A DNA stretch of 64,000 nt from the human T2T-CHM13v2.0 reference genome, Homo sapiens. The first letter of the stretch is position 1, and each line of letters opens with the position of its first letter. Shown piece by piece: positions 15,684 through 27,997 of this stretch. The DNA lies in assembly GCF_009914755.1 (NCBI RefSeq), contig NC_060934.1; one strand, 5' to 3'. A program made the position numbers and the translations under genes. Below the pieces are notes generated by a model, which saw nothing but the letters and a program-made list of their open reading frames with translations, had not been told where the DNA came from and did no database searches.

Positions 15684-15987
15684 CAGGGGTCCCCACACCC
15701 TGGCCGAGGACTGGTCTGTGGCCTGTTAGGAATGGGGCTGCACAGCAGGAGGTGAGTAGCAGGCAAGTGAGCGGAGCTTCATCTGTGTCTACAGCCGCTC
15801 CCCATCCCTCTGATTACTGCCTGAGCTCCACCTCCTGTCAGATCAGTGACAGCATTAGATTCTCATAGGAGCATGAACCCTATTGTGAACTGTGCATTCA
15901 AGGGATCTAGGTTGCCGGCTCCTTATGAGAATCTTACTAATGCCTAATGATCTGAGGTGGAACAGTTTCATCCTGAAACCACCCCTA
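15684..15987 (+). mobile_element. MER1B-like hAT-Charlie element, truncated
   Basis: Starts CAGGGGTCCCCA; internal gcattagattctcataggagc...gggatctaggttgc; second TIR missing. Confidence 0.8.
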
Positions 15988-15994
15988 AATCCCA

Positions 15995-16218
15995 CTTGAT
16001 CATGGCATATTATCTTTTTGATTCATTGTTAGATTCAGCTTGGTAGTATTTTGTTGAAAATGTTTTCATCTATGTTCATTAGGAATACCGCCTGTAGTGT
16101 TTTTTTGTGTGTGTGTGTGTCCTTGTCTTGTTTGGGTATCAGGGTAATGCTGGCCTTATAGACTGAGTTGGGAAGAATTCCCTCCTCTTTAATTTTTGGG
16201 AAAAGTTTGAGAAAAATT
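15995..16218 (-). mobile_element. Old L1 ORF2 fragment
   Basis: IFLKLFPKIKEEGILPNSVYKASITLIPKQDKD...LMNIDENIFNKIL matches L1 ORF2 upstream of the RT domain. Confidence 0.9.
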
Positions 16219-17125
16219 GTTTTTTTTGTTTGTTTGTTTGCTTGTTTTGGTATTTGCAGAACTTTAATTGCCAAGGCAGAATACATTCCAATAAATGAAA
16301 AAAAATGGATAAACAAATAGACACATTAGAGAATTTCTAAGGTTCAATTAACATGTGAGAATTTCTTAACCTCTCAACCATCAGGAAAATGGATATTACA
16401 ACCACAACAAAGCCACAAGTCATTGGATCAAGAAACGTTAAAAAGTCTCACAATCCTAAATGTTGGCAAAGACGCTGACCATCAGAAGCACTGGGAAAAG
16501 CCCTTTACAAAGCTCTCAAGCAGCATTCACTAATGCCAAATATCCCAGTGGACAGTGGTTCCAATCCCAGCAAAGAAATGCTCAGGCTCAATTCAAATGA
16601 GAGGCAGGTACATTCACAGCAGAGCCACCTGTGATGGCCGCACAGTGAAGACAGCAAATGCCCACCTGCAGCAGAGTGGGTGAAGGGCGGTGCATTTGCT
16701 GCAGAAAGTTATCAGTGGTGTAGACCAGCCACTCCAGGCCCACTGGGATCTGTAGGACTTTGCAGGCACAGGCCCCTTACCAACCCAGTGGTTACCTGGG
16801 GTCTGAATAGTTTTCATTCACAGAGATATCCTCCTCTTGGTACTGAAACCCTGAGTCTTTTTTGTCCATAGAGCCCTGCCCTTCTTTGTACTGAGACATC
16901 ATCGTGAAGACTGACGTCTAGAGGTGGGAGCACCTCCGTGAAGTGAGGGAATAACTGAGTGTCTGTCAAGAAGTCGGAGGCATAGGGGCTCTGAGGCCAC
17001 AAGGGGCCTGGGGCTGGGGCTGGGAGTGATCCTGGGCGTGGGCCTAGAACTGGGACTGGGCCTGGGAGTGAGCCTAGGCTTGGCATCCAACCAGAGCTTA
17101 AGATGGGGCCCGGGTCTGGGATTCT

Positions 17126-17145
<20 letters not shown>
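16218..17145 (-). pseudogene. TPRX1P1: TPRX1-derived processed pseudogene, 3' part only (no homeobox)
   Basis: [18 protein letters not shown]...PGSLPAPAPGPLWPQSPYASDFLTDTQLFPHFTEVLPPLD, frameshift near 16915, then SVFTMMSQYKEGQGSMDKKDSGFQYQEEDISVNENYS. Matches the recalled TPRX1 C-terminus. ATTAAA at 16268-16263; decayed poly(A) about 16248-16218. Symbol assigned by recalled synteny. Confidence 0.88.
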
Positions 17146-17450
<305 letters not shown>

Positions 17451-17916
17451 CTAATGGACTGTTTGGTTATTTCTCATTTTTGAACTCCAGATATTTGTGA
17501 AGTCAGCCCTTTTCCTGTGATCTGAGTTACAAATATTTGTCCAGTGTGAATTGCCTTTTGATTTTTCTTATGGTGCTTCATGCCATGTAGATTTTTTTGA
17601 ATTTGTGTAGTCAGATTTAGTAATGAATTTATTTTATGGTTTTTAGATATTGAGTCATGGTTAGAGGGACTCCAATCACCCCACCCACTTCAAGGTTAGA
17701 ATGGAATTCTCTCACATATTCTTCCAATACTTTTATGTTTTCTAACCAACTTTCATGAGATATAATTTACATATAACAAAAGGCATCTATTTAAAGGATA
17801 CAAGTTGATGAGGCTTGACAGATGTACATCCTCATGACATCATGATTTTTCTTTAAGTATTAAATCATAATGCATTTGGAATTTATATCACTGTCTACTT
17901 TGAGAAAAGGACTAAA

Positions 17917-18268
<352 letters not shown>

Positions 18269-19189
18269 TGAACACCCTGCATTGAGATGTTTCCTTTGTC
18301 CCATTCTCTATTTCTGTATGGATTTCTGTCTACATCTGGACTTCCTCTTCTATTTGTCTGTCCATATATACACGTTTACTACACAGTTTTAATAATTGAA
18401 GCTTTGTAACTGAATTACCTTTAATAAATGGTACCAGCTCCAATACCAATTATAGCAGAAAACATGGTCCCCTGTATTAGGTATTTGAGAGCAAGATGGA
18501 TGTTCTGGATGCTCGAGCTGAGTTTCTTTCCCTATGCCAGGCCTCCTTTTTACTCTTAGAGAAAGGTACCCCATTTTATAGATACAGAAAGTGAGGTGAG
18601 ATCAAGGAAGGTCAGTCCCCAACTGTGCCAGCTCTGAATTTTGTAGGGTTTAGGAGCACCCAGCCTCAAATGCCCATTTGTGGATGAGAAAACTGGTTCT
18701 GGGTGGAGATAGAGACATGTGGAAAAGACAGATCTGATGATGCATTATCACTCAACCACTCACTCATTCATCACTTCACCCCAGCACAGACTGACCGTGT
18801 GCTAAGGCCAAGCCCTGCACTGGGGCAGAGAAGGGGCTGCTCCGTCCCCTGGGATCTCACGGTGGGCTGGAGGGAAAGGCGAGGAAGCACTGAGGGACAG
18901 GAGGATGTGACTGTGGTGGGAATAGAGGGAGGAACGGGGCTGTGGGCGCCCACAGTGGGGCCTCATGGTCTTAGCCTGGGCCCCCCTTCCAATGCTGAAA
19001 GTAGGGCAGGTGCCCAGGACTTTGCAGCAGGAGGACTATTTCGAAAAGTGAATCCAGGGAGCAGAGTGAGGGTCTGGGAAAGTAACGGAGGAGAAAAAAG
19101 CTAAGGGTATACTGTAGAGATGACCACATTGAAGGCAACTGAGGCTTAACACAGTGTGATCTCTAGGACAGCATCTAGAAAGTGCATCA

Positions 19190-19559
<370 letters not shown>

Positions 19560-20059
19560 TTAACTCCAGGTTCCTGTCTCCATTGGTTGAGGGCTGTCCT
19601 GTGGGAACAGGGCAGGAATCCACCCGGGGTGTGTGGATCTGGTGACAGCCAGCACGCATGGACTGTTTGCCAGAGCTGTGGCTGGAATCTGGAGCCAGGT
19701 GAGAACAGATGAGGCTGGACAAAGGGTCTCAGCCTGGTTCCCAGGTATGGGACTTGACGGCCACCTAGCTGGCCAGGATGGGAAATGCAGCAGGGACCAG
19801 GACAGCGAGGGAGGCTGCTCTGGGTCCCCACCCCACAGAGGAGGCAAACCTGTGACAGGGCAGCCCTTTCCCCTGGAAGTCCCTGCTTCAGGGACAGACC
19901 CAGAGGCTCCACACAGCAACCCAGCCACAAGGGAGGCCTACGTGTCCCCATGTGATGGGCTTTCAAGGCCCCAAGGAGGTCACGGCTTGGAGTGCAAGAA
20001 CTCCTCCCAACTGCTGTGCCGCCCCCCCTCCACCTCCTGCCGGCTCACTGCTTTGTTCC

Positions 20060-20620
20060 CTGCTTTCTCTTTCTCTGCTTCTCTCTGCTTCTCTCTGCCT
20101 CCCTCTTTGTCCTTCCTTTCTCTCTTTCTGTGACCCTGTCTTCAACAACTCTTTCCCTTCCTCTATTGTGCTGTTTGTCTGTGATTCTCTCCAGCCTCCT
20201 CTCCCTGTCTCAGTCCTCTCCATCTCTCTTGTTTCCTCTGTCTTCATTCCTCTCTTCTCTTTTACTCTCTGCCTTCCTCTCGGTATGTGGATCACTGGCC
20301 AGCTCTCTGGACACCTCCCTCCCTCCAGCTCCCTTGGTTCTCACTGTGGGTCCTTCTGTCTTTGTCTCTTCCAGCTTTCCTTTTCTCCCCCTGGGCCCAA
20401 ATCAACTTCTCTCCATGACTCCATCCTCCCATCTCCATCTCTCTCTCTCTCCCCTCACCCTCCACCTTCTCTCTCTCTCCCTTCTCTCTTTCTCTCACTG
20501 TTTCAACCCCTCTCTCTCTATCCTCCCTGTCTTTCTCCTTCTCTTTGTCCTTCCCCTCCCTCTCTCATCCCTTCTCTCTCATCTTCTCTCTGCCTGTCCC
20601 GTCCTCTGACTGACCTCACC
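20060..20620. repeat. CT-rich low-complexity tract
   Basis: Strong pyrimidine bias on the + strand. Confidence 0.85.
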
Positions 20621-22678
20621 CCTGCGTTCTTCACTCCTCTCCAGTCCAGCTCAGTTAGCCTCTCACCACCGATCTCTGCCTATCACACAATTTAAAAATT
20701 ACAGGAAGATGGTGGGGGGCACAGGACTTATGGAGAAATGTCTACACCCAGCTCAGCTTCCCTTAGAGCCGCCTGGAGTTGGTGCTACCGGGGGGCAGCT
20801 GGCTCAGTGGGGCATGGGCTCTGACAAACCCTGAGTCTCTGCGAGGCTCCTTAAGGGCTCCACAGCCGCTGCTGGGCCCTTCTATTCCCTGTCAGAAGTT
20901 GGCCACCTCATGGGGATGTATTACTGTCTATCTGCTCACAAGGCACCACTGGCAGTCACTAGGAACACAGTGACTCTTTCTAGAATGAATGAGCACAACC
21001 TCCACCCGTGGCTGGATACAGGATATTCCCCCACCCCAGAAGTCCCCCTCGGGCCCTTACCAGTCAACACTACCCAAAGGGTAACCCTGCTTCTGTGTCC
21101 AGCAAGGCAGTATCTGCCTGAGTTTGAATAGTGTACGAGGAGTCACACCTGGTATACCCTGGGGTGTGAACTGGTCCTCCAGGAAGCAGACACCCAGAAA
21201 GATAGGACTGCAAATGTTTCTAAAGGGAAACACTGGAAATGAGAGAGAGAGGAGGGAGCACGGGGCATGGAGCATCAAATATGGTGGAGACTTTTCCAAG
21301 ATATCATGGCCCAGGAGACTCTTCAAATTTCAAAATTATCCTGTAAGGTAAAAAGATTTCGGTTTATTTCCAGGTGACCTTCTTTTGCCCAATATACATT
21401 TTGTCTTCTATGAAATATCTGTGCCCCTGCTGAATACTTCTGTGTGTGGCCATATCTGTGTCTGTATGTCATGGAGAATAATTATCCACAGATCACAGAT
21501 ACAAATCTCAGAGTTTAACTGTGTATGCATTTTTAGGATCTCTTCATCTCGTAAGGATCTGAATTCTAATCTTGGAGACAGGGGCTTTCCCTTATCTTTT
21601 GAAAGAGAAACTGGAAATCCCAGAGCCTGAGCTGCTACACCCTAAGGTTTATTAAATGAACTTCAATGAACACCTTTTGCTGATCTTCTGAGTGGAAATA
21701 TTTTCATTTAACCAGCGGGAGGGGTGAGGCTCTACCATCTACCAGCTATTTTGCAAGATGCCTTCCTTATGAGCTTGGTCTCCCTGTCCTCACCATGACC
21801 TCATAATCGCATCATTCCCAGCTCATTTCTGAGAAAGCTGGGGCTCTGAGCTCTACTGAGAGTTGGTGTCTGGGCTTAGGCAGCAAAGACACAGGGAAGG
21901 GGAAGCATTTTGCCTGCCAAGGTTGGGAGATGCAAAGCTGAGAGTTGTAGGTGGGAAGGAGAGGGTGCAGGAGATCAGAGTAGGTCACAGCAGCTCAGGA
22001 TTGGCCTTGAGTTTCCAGCCAGAGTTGGCCTCATTCTGAAGGCCAAGGCCGCAGCTCCACTGAACCAGACCCATCCTCATTGTTAGTCTCCTTAGGCCGT
22101 GAAAACTCAGGGAGACAGGTTCCCCTGACAGAACCAAGTTAAAATTTTCAGACCTCTAGGCATTCATTCACCCCGATCTAGAGCCTTCATGCACCCAGGG
22201 AAAGAATCATCTTCCTACCAATAATGGACTAAAGGCTGTAGGGCAACAAGGAAGTGCTGGGGTGGTAATTTCCTGTGCACAATGTGGTATCTGAGCTCCC
22301 ATGGCAGCTCTGTGTGGCCCTCACCGCAGCCTCCATGCTCCTGCTCACGCTGCTTGCCTGGCTAGGAGCAGCCTTCCAGCTCTACCTGAGTTCAACAACC
22401 CCCCATGTCACACCTCCCTGCTTCAGCTTTCTCTTCCACGGCCTCCTGTTTACTCCCAGGAGATTCTGTCTCCTCCTTCTGCACCCTGTGTCCCTTCACT
22501 TGTGTTTCCATTGGGCTGGTCAGAAGCTCTGTGCCCTTCAGTGTGGGTCTCTCTGCTGCAGCACACAGGATGCCCTGCCAGTCAGGGATGGGTCTCATCC
22601 CTCACAGAGCTGGCCATATGGCCCAGGTTCCACACAAGCCTGCAAAGCTTGTATTTCTAGCTTCTATAAACAATCTCT

Positions 22679-22992
22679 GGCTGGGCACAGTGGCTCACAC
22701 TTGTAATCTTGGCACTCTGGGAGGCCAAAGTGGGCAGATGGCATGGCTCCAGGAGCTTGAGGCCAGCCTGAGCAACATGGTGAAACATGGTCTCTACAAA
22801 AAGTAAAACAAAAAAACATTAGCCAAGCATGGTGTTGCACACCTGTAGTCCCAGCCACTCTGGAGGCTGAGGTGGAAGGATCACCTGGGCCCTAGAGGCG
22901 GAGGTTGCAGTGAGCCAGGAGTGCACCCCTGCACCCCAGCCTGGGTGACAGAGTGAGACTCTGTCCCCCACCAAAATAAAATAAAAAAAAAA
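22679..22992 (+). mobile_element. AluJ
   Basis: Full-length Alu just distal to the pseudogene terminal exon. Confidence 0.9.
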
Positions 22993-23188
22993 ACTCTTTC
23001 CTTATCTACAGAAGATACCTGCTGCCAAAGTCATAATGAGAAAATAATGCAACTGATTTGTAGTCTCAGAAACTTGAGCAAAGTGACCACATCCTCAGCC
23101 AGTGCTACCCTCATATTGCAAAGCCTTGCAGTACAATCTGTGACATTTCTATTCATTCAAAAAAGGAAAGATGAGTCCATTTTGCAAC

Positions 23189-25181
23189 TTAGTTCATACT
23201 GTTCAGATAAACATACCAAGTGGTACATGTGGAGTTGGTGGTTGAGGTCTTACAGGCCACAATGGGTAGAGGAGCTGGTTGAGGTCCCAGAGGAGTTGGT
23301 TCAGATAGCAGAGGCCAGGCAAGTGGAGGAGGTGGCAGATGTACTAGAAGAGACCCTGGTGGAGGAGGTGGCTGAAGTCCCAGGGACCACAAGTGGAGAT
23401 TATTGAAGTAGCTGAGGAGATTCATGTGAAGGTGGTAGTTGAGGGGCCAGAGGCCACCCAGGTAGAAGGGGTGGCTGAGGATCCAGAGATTACTAAGTGG
23501 AGATGTAGTCGGAGGTCCCAGAGGCCTCACAGAACAAAAAGGTGAATGATGTCCCAGAGGAAAGGCAGCTATAAAAGATGGATGAGGTCCCGGAGGACAG
23601 AAACATGCAGAAGATGGATAAGGTCCGGGAGGACAAGGAGCTGCAGGAGGTGGATGAGGTCCCAGAGGACCAACAGCTGCAGGAGGTGGATGAGATCCCA
23701 GAGGACCTACTGGTGCAGGAGATGGATGAGGTCCGAGAGGACCACCAGCTGCAGGAGGTGGATGAGGTCCCAGAAGACCTACAGTTGCAGAAGGTGGATA
23801 AGGCCCCAGAGGACCAACAGCTTCAGGAGGTGGATGAGGTCCCAGAAGACCTACAGTTGCAGGAGGTGGATGAGGTCCCAGAGAACCTACCACTGCAGGA
23901 AGTGGATGAGGTCCCAGAGGACCAACAGATGCAGGAGGTGGATGAGGTCCCAGAGGACTGACAGCTGCAGGTAGATGAGGTCCGGGAGGACTGACAGCTA
24001 CAGGAGGTGGATGAGGTCCTGGAGAACTGACAGCTGCAGGTGGATGATGTCCGGGAGGACTGACAGCTGCAGGAGGTGGATGAGGTCCCAGAGGACTGAC
24101 AGCTGCAGGTCGATGAGGTCCCGGAGGACTGACAGCTGCAGGAGGTGGATGAGGTCCTGGAGGACTGACAGCTGCAGGTAGATGAGGTCCGGGAGGACTG
24201 CCAGCTGCAGGAGGTGGATGAGGTCCCAGAGGACTGACAGCTGCAGGTGGATGAGGTCCCGGAGGACTGACAGCTGCAGGAGGTGGATGAGGTCCCAGAG
24301 GACTGACAGCTGCAGGTGGATGAGGTCCCGGAGGACTGACAGCTGTAGGAGGTGGATGAGGTCCCGGAGGACTGACAGCTGCAGGTAGATGAGGTCCGGG
24401 AGGACTGCCAGTTGCAGGAGGTGGATGAGGTCCCGGAGGACTGACAGCTGCAGGTAGATGAGGTCCGGGAGGACTGATAGCTACAGGAGGTGGATGAGGT
24501 CCTGGAGGTCTGACAGCTGCAGGTGGATGATGTCCGGGAGGACTGACAGCTGCAGGAGGTGGATGAGGTCCTGGAGGACTGACAGCTGCAGGAGGTGGAT
24601 GAGGTCCTGGAGGACTGACAGCGGCAGGTAGATGAGGTCCGGGAGAACTGCCAGCTGCAGGAGGTGGATGAGGTCCCAGAGGACTGACAGCTGCAGGTGG
24701 ATGAGGTCTCAGAGGACTGACAGCTGCAGGAGGTGGATGAGGTCCCGGAGGACTGACAGCTGCAGGTAGATGAGATCCGGGAGGACTGCCAGTTGCAGGA
24801 GGTGGATGAGGTCCCAGAGGACTGACAGCTGCAGGTTGATGAGGTCTGAGAGGACTGACAGCTGCAGGTGGATGAGGTCTGAGAGGACTGACAGCTGCAG
24901 GAGCTGGATGAGGCCCTGGAGAACAATCGAGTGGAGGAGGTGGTTAAGTTTTCAGGGGACTCTCCAGTGCAAGAGGTGCTTGAGTTCCCAGAGGACACTC
25001 CAGTGGAGGAGTTTGTTGAGGTCCCAGAAAACCTTCAGATGGAGGGAGTGTTTGAGTTCCCAGACAACACCCGGTAGAGGAGGCGGCTGGCAGCCCATCA
25101 ATGGTCCTGAAGGGCCAGCCATGAGATCGGGCAAGTAGGGCCATTCTGAGAAAGGATGAGCTTCCCTGCAGCCACATTGAC
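23189..25181 (-). pseudogene. Terminal proline-rich exon (MIA3 VNMAPKG / NPIP VRMAA exon homolog) containing the VNTR
   Basis: cttgtag|GTCAATGTGGCT: VNVAAG/HPFSEWPYLPDLMAGPSGPLMGCQPPPL vs MIA3 [35 protein letters not shown] and NPIP [35 protein letters not shown]. Confidence 0.85.
23230..25070. repeat. Minisatellite/VNTR, 36- and 33-bp units (GAGGTGGATGAGGTCCCAGAGGACTGACAGCTGCAG)
   Basis: Directly visible tandem array; homogeneous core about 23580-24900 with diverged flanks. Confidence 0.97.
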
Positions 25182-27132
25182 CTACAAGTCAGGAGGAGAA
25201 AATGTTTTGAAATATATGAATATGATGGACAAAAACACCAAAACCAACACAAGCTGCACCTTATGCCTCGGGTGATAGTCCCTTGCACCTTTCCCTCCTC
25301 CAGGTTTCAAAATGGCAGCATGAATGCCATAAAGTCTCCCTTCAACTGAGTCCTGCCAACAGCAGGGGAGTGAAGAAAAGTCGTGGGGACAAACTGCTAT
25401 CCCCACACGCCACTCTGTCTGCAAATGTACGCAGGCTGGGGGCCTGTCCCTGGGAAGACAGAGTCATAACCCAGTAATAAAGAAGCATGTTTCTGACACA
25501 GGGGTGTCTATGTCTATCCTAATTCCTCCCTCACCATCATCACCGGAGCATGTTCCTTGCATCAGATAAACAGAGAGAAAGAGAAGCATGAAAAGCCCAT
25601 TGTCCACACATGAGTCACAGCTACTCTTAAGAGAATGGCCTCCAGGCTTTTCATGTGCTGTCTCTGATTCTCAGAAATCTACAAGGTCAGTGTGACCACC
25701 CTGCTCCAAATCTAAGAAAATAGAGGCTCCAGAGGAAGGAGAAATTTCACCTAGCATCACACAGCTTGCAAGAAGCAGAGTGGAAGTCGATTCCAGCTCT
25801 GCCTGCAAGACCCTCTCGTCCCCCTTCTGCTTCCCTTCTTGACAAACGGTCTTCTCTACTTTGGAAGCGCCATCCATGGGCACAAAGAGCTCTGGGGAGA
25901 TGGGGATTCCTGAAGAGCTGCAGGGGAACTGGGAGAGGGTTTTCTGACGGAATAATCTTACATAGAGATATCAGTTTGGCATGGTTATCACATTTCTTTA
26001 ACTTCTAGGTAATACCAAATTTTAAGTGCACTATGACATAAAGAATAATTTTGTCCATGGAAAAATGAGGTGGGAATTCTCAACAACAGAAGTTTTAAAA
26101 ATATGTTTGATTTCAAGTGTACAAGTCCCATCGTGTGTGATCAGAGGATTCAGCAGCTGTCGAAGACACAGAGGCCACACGAGAACCAGCTTAATTGAGC
26201 ATCATTTAAGGCCTTCATTGAGAATTGTCCCTGTAGGTAATGAGTGACGTTCACTCTCCACTACCTCACAGCCAGGGCACATTTTCTATTAAAATATGGA
26301 ACCTCTGACACTTAGAATATTAGATCAAGGGCAACACTGGGTGAGGGTGGGGGCGTTTTTGCTCAACACAGTTAACAACAGAGATGGGACTGTGATGAAT
26401 TATGGAATTGACTTTGCCAAAGAACATTCAAAATTGCACAAAGCACATATTAATGTTGGATCAATGAGTTTTCACTTCTGGGATTACGGCGGATATTCTG
26501 AAGGTTAATCACTTACCTTATAGCAGAAAAGAAAATCACAGCAAAAAAAAAAAGGAAACCCCACATATTTTGGAAAGGGGATCCCACACCATCTTGAGTA
26601 AAAGGGATCAGTCAGGGTCTACTGGGCCATAAGACCTACCTCAGTGGAGTTCAATGGCATCCTCTCATGTTATTTCTGGAAACAGAACAGTGACAGCCCT
26701 GCAGCCCTTGGCCCTTAAGCATTTATGGCTTCTGGAGGTGCCACCAAAGATGACCAGCTGGAAATGGAGAAGCCTGAAAGCTCATGGGGAAGATTTTGCT
26801 TTCAAAAAAGTCCAGTTAGAAAAGGCACCACAGAACCCAGAGAGCAGAGGACAGGCCAGGAGAGGGCGCTGTAGGAAAAGACAAAACTGTCCTGAACTAG
26901 GCAGAGGGAAAATGACTCCAGCATTTACCTTTGTCTTCTCTGTTTTCTGGCTATGTCTTCTGATTCTTTAAGAAAAGAAGAAATATTGATCCATGAAGAC
27001 ATAGCCAGAAAATTTCTGCTCTCATCAGCACTTATGGCTCCCATTCTAAAATGTTACTAGTGTTACTTTTCTCAAATAATAATAAAAAAAATAAAGCCTT
27101 CCCACTGACTCAAGGTTGGAAGGGGAGCTGAC

Positions 27133-27267
27133 CCATTTGCCTTCTAGGCTCATCCCCTCAGTTAAAAGTAACCAAGACATCAGGGTGGAATGATGTCCAC
27201 AGTCAGTGGAGGGGCCTGTGCTCCGCTATTCACAGGGGACCAGCCAAGAGTCATTCAGCTGTGGCAC
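27133..27267 (-). pseudogene. Exon: MIA3 PRD exon homolog (frameshifted)
   Basis: NDS/GWSPVNSGAQAPPLTVD/VTFN*GDEPRRQM(G) vs [21 protein letters not shown]...ATLNRRDMPRSEF(G); donor gtcagc. Confidence 0.82.
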
Positions 27268-27442
27268 GTGAGAAAAACGGTCCTGCCACCCAGCGGGATA
27301 ACTGTTCTCTTTAGTAAGTGCTTGGAACTGTTTCCAGGAAACATAACAATAACCCAACCCAAGCCCTCACCCCAGAAAGGAGAAGCAGGGGTGTGGATTG
27401 TGGAGCAGAAGTTAAGCGGGTGCCTTCCCAGAGAGCTCCTAC

Positions 27443-27537
27443 CTCTCCAGAAAGGGTTCTCTAGCCCTAGCTGTCCCTGGGCTGCCTCCTGACTCATGTG
27501 TCTCTCCAGCACTCCCTGCTTTTCCATCATTTCCTGT
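27443..27537 (-). pseudogene. Exon: MIA3 LLELTQK...NPPRR exon homolog (95 nt, phase 2-1)
   Basis: QEMMEKQGVLERHMSQEAAQGQLGLENPFWR(G) vs [33 protein letters not shown](G); ttcaag|...|gtagga. Confidence 0.75.
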
Positions 27538-27658
27538 CTTGAAGACAGTGAAAGAGTTGACTTGTAGAAGAATTAAAACACTGTTTTCTTTACTAGACAG
27601 TCAAAGCTTCATCTTAAAACAAAAACATCCTTAAAATTTGTCCATCACAATCACCTAC

Positions 27659-27720
27659 CTGTGCTGCTTGCAGGCAGCCTTCCTCTCTGCCATCTCCCTC
27701 TGCAAGGCTTGAGCACAGAG
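27659..27720 (-). pseudogene. Exon: MIA3 LKARAAER exon homolog (62 nt, phase 0-2)
   Basis: LCAQALQREMAERKAACKQH vs [22 protein letters not shown]; cccacag|...|gtaggt. Confidence 0.82.
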
Positions 27721-27788
27721 CTGTGGGGAGAAAAATACATCCATGTCCCGACTTGGCCGAAAAGCAAGGGAAAAATGAACAAACTTAC

Positions 27789-27826
27789 CCAGTTGTTGAG
27801 GCCTTTCTTGCAGCAGAAGGGGCGAT
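27789..27826 (-). pseudogene. Micro-exon: NPIP exon 7 / MIA3 IATHEKKAHENW homolog (38 nt, +2 frameshift)
   Basis: tttttcag|ATCGCCCCTTCTGCTGCAAGAAAGGCCTCAACAACTGG|gtaagt; reads IAPSA/KKGLNNW. Confidence 0.88.
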
Positions 27827-27936
27827 CTGAAAAAGCCAACACATGAGAAAATGTATGTTGACAGATTCTAGGGGCAGTGGCATCATCTTGATGAGCGTTT
27901 AAGGATCCTGCAACTGCAGGAAGGAAGGCTCCTTAC

Positions 27937-27997
27937 CTCTCATCTGTAGGAGTCCTCTACCCACTGCTGCAGCTCTTGTCTGTCTTGAATCGTTTTT
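27937..27997 (-). pseudogene. Exon: NPIP exon 6 / MIA3 RRIEEM exon homolog (61 nt, premature TGA)
   Basis: KTIQDRQELQQWVEDSYR*E vs NPIP [20 protein letters not shown]; TGA at 27942-27940; catag|...|gtaagg. Confidence 0.88.

Noticed and set aside
19952-20695. 247-aa and 205-aa Ser/Leu/Pro ORFs
   Set aside because: Artefacts of the CT-rich low-complexity tract.
23578-24900. Plus-strand acidic repeat protein (EVDEVPED-LQ)n with a TGA in nearly every unit of the young block: selenoprotein or readthrough?
   Set aside because: The TGA is one variant propagated by repeat expansion. No SECIS is evident, and splice sites and homology lie on the minus strand.
23823-24998. 391-aa Ser/Cys/Thr ORF resembling metallothionein or keratin-associated proteins
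   Set aside because: Alternative frame of a 3n-unit VNTR with a non-ATG start and no unique sequence. The Pro frame fits the flanking homology.
23230-25070. CRISPR-like array
   Set aside because: Contiguous tandem units without unique spacers, in primate DNA with no cas genes.
26130-26870. Further MIA3 PRD exons (PHPRWSAE and PGSGTAT equivalents)
   Set aside because: Acceptor-like sites exist, but similarity is too weak to call by eye.
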